A stretch of DNA of 63,841 nt, filler included, from Neolecta irregularis DAH-3 (lineage: Eukaryota): the NCBI GenBank assembly GCA_001929475.1. It is 7 parts of 7 records of this genome, joined end to end, with 100 filler letters (N's around TTAATTAATTAA, not from the genome) between each part and the next. Parts side by side here need not be neighbours in the genome. Positions count along the whole stretch, not along the records: positions 61,108 to 63,841 come from LXFE01000457.1; 6 more parts are not named here. One strand, given 5' to 3'. Positions 63,102 to 63,841 of the stretch are shown one piece after another (the first letter of the stretch is position 1; every line of letters begins with the position of its first letter). The notes under the pieces were generated by a model. That model did not search any database, had not been told where the DNA came from, and worked only from the letters and a program-made list of their open reading frames with translations. Made by a program: the position numbers and the translations under genes.

Positions 63102-63841
63102 GCTCTTTCTCAAGGTGATTGAGAGAATTGCATCTTATTTTGATATAACGGGGTTCGGAATACTGATATTCATGATGGAAACGATCCATACTTTGGTACC
63201 GCTATCCAGGCTTACTCTAAGGGAGCATCTCCGTTACACCCCAGTTCGCACACAATTCTGTGACTGCATTGTCATCTCAGCTAACTTTTTATTCTACAAC
63301 TTCTTCAGGCACATCACGAGTGTTGGTTCTTTCACTGTGATTGAAAATATTTACACATCATATGAATGACGAAGAGTTTCATGGATTGATGTGTTTTTTC
63401 TGGTGATTTGGTTTCGATGACAAGATTTCAAATGAGATGATATGAAGAATATATGATTTCTTTGAAAGATATTTCAATACAGTGTGTTCAACCGCCCCTC
63501 AGTATTGAGGCATATCTCGTAAATATTGCATCCATATTGCTAATGGGGGTGACGCCATTTCATTTGTCACATTCTTTCAAGTCACAAGATTACATTTATG
63601 GTAGACTCTGTCAATTTCTACAGGAAGGGCATGGAAAAATAAGTGATCTACTCTTGACTTGTTTATAGTTACATAAAAGATTCTTTGTGTAGTCCTGTTA
63701 CACATAACAAACCAACTATTGAGTGATAATATCAATATCAACGGTTGGGTTGGTGTTGCCTAGTCGGAGCCCTCAGTATGCATTCAGTTGAAGAGCTGTT
63801 GGATATCCGTATACATTAAAAAGAACAGCCGTCACGGCATC

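Overview
Compact, intron-rich ascomycete fungal DNA. Gene content and 33-45 nt introns suggest Taphrinomycotina, possibly Neolecta-like (inference, not verified). It is not one contiguous locus: seven scaffolds are joined by six artificial 100-nt N44-TTAATTAATTAA-N44 linkers, so neighbourhoods across linkers mean nothing. Most genes are housekeeping: a group-X hybrid histidine kinase, RPL17, fibrillarin, an ODC carrier, OXR1, RPN12, FAS beta, OST3/6, MRM2, a delta-12 desaturase, eIF2D, Swi5/Sae3, EHD3, DHODH and two partial ABC transporters. The main oddities are: (1) an intronless 701-aa UvrD-type helicase fused to a RecB/AddA-type PD-(D/E)xK nuclease, beside a stand-alone chromodomain gene and a transposon end; (2) a 2,547-bp scaffold that closes into a circle and carries a whole DHODH gene plus a 5'-truncated Eps1-like PDI gene (tandem amplification or eccDNA); (3) a secreted DUF4185/DUF5005-like protein of bacterial type; (4) a hAT MITE family, including one intact copy with 50-bp TIRs and an 8-bp TSD, and a pogo-like MITE holding shuffled fragments of a nearby pseudogene; (5) degenerate splice donors with several GC-AG mini-introns. 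Exon boundaries were traced by eye, and family assignments rest on recalled motifs, not database searches.
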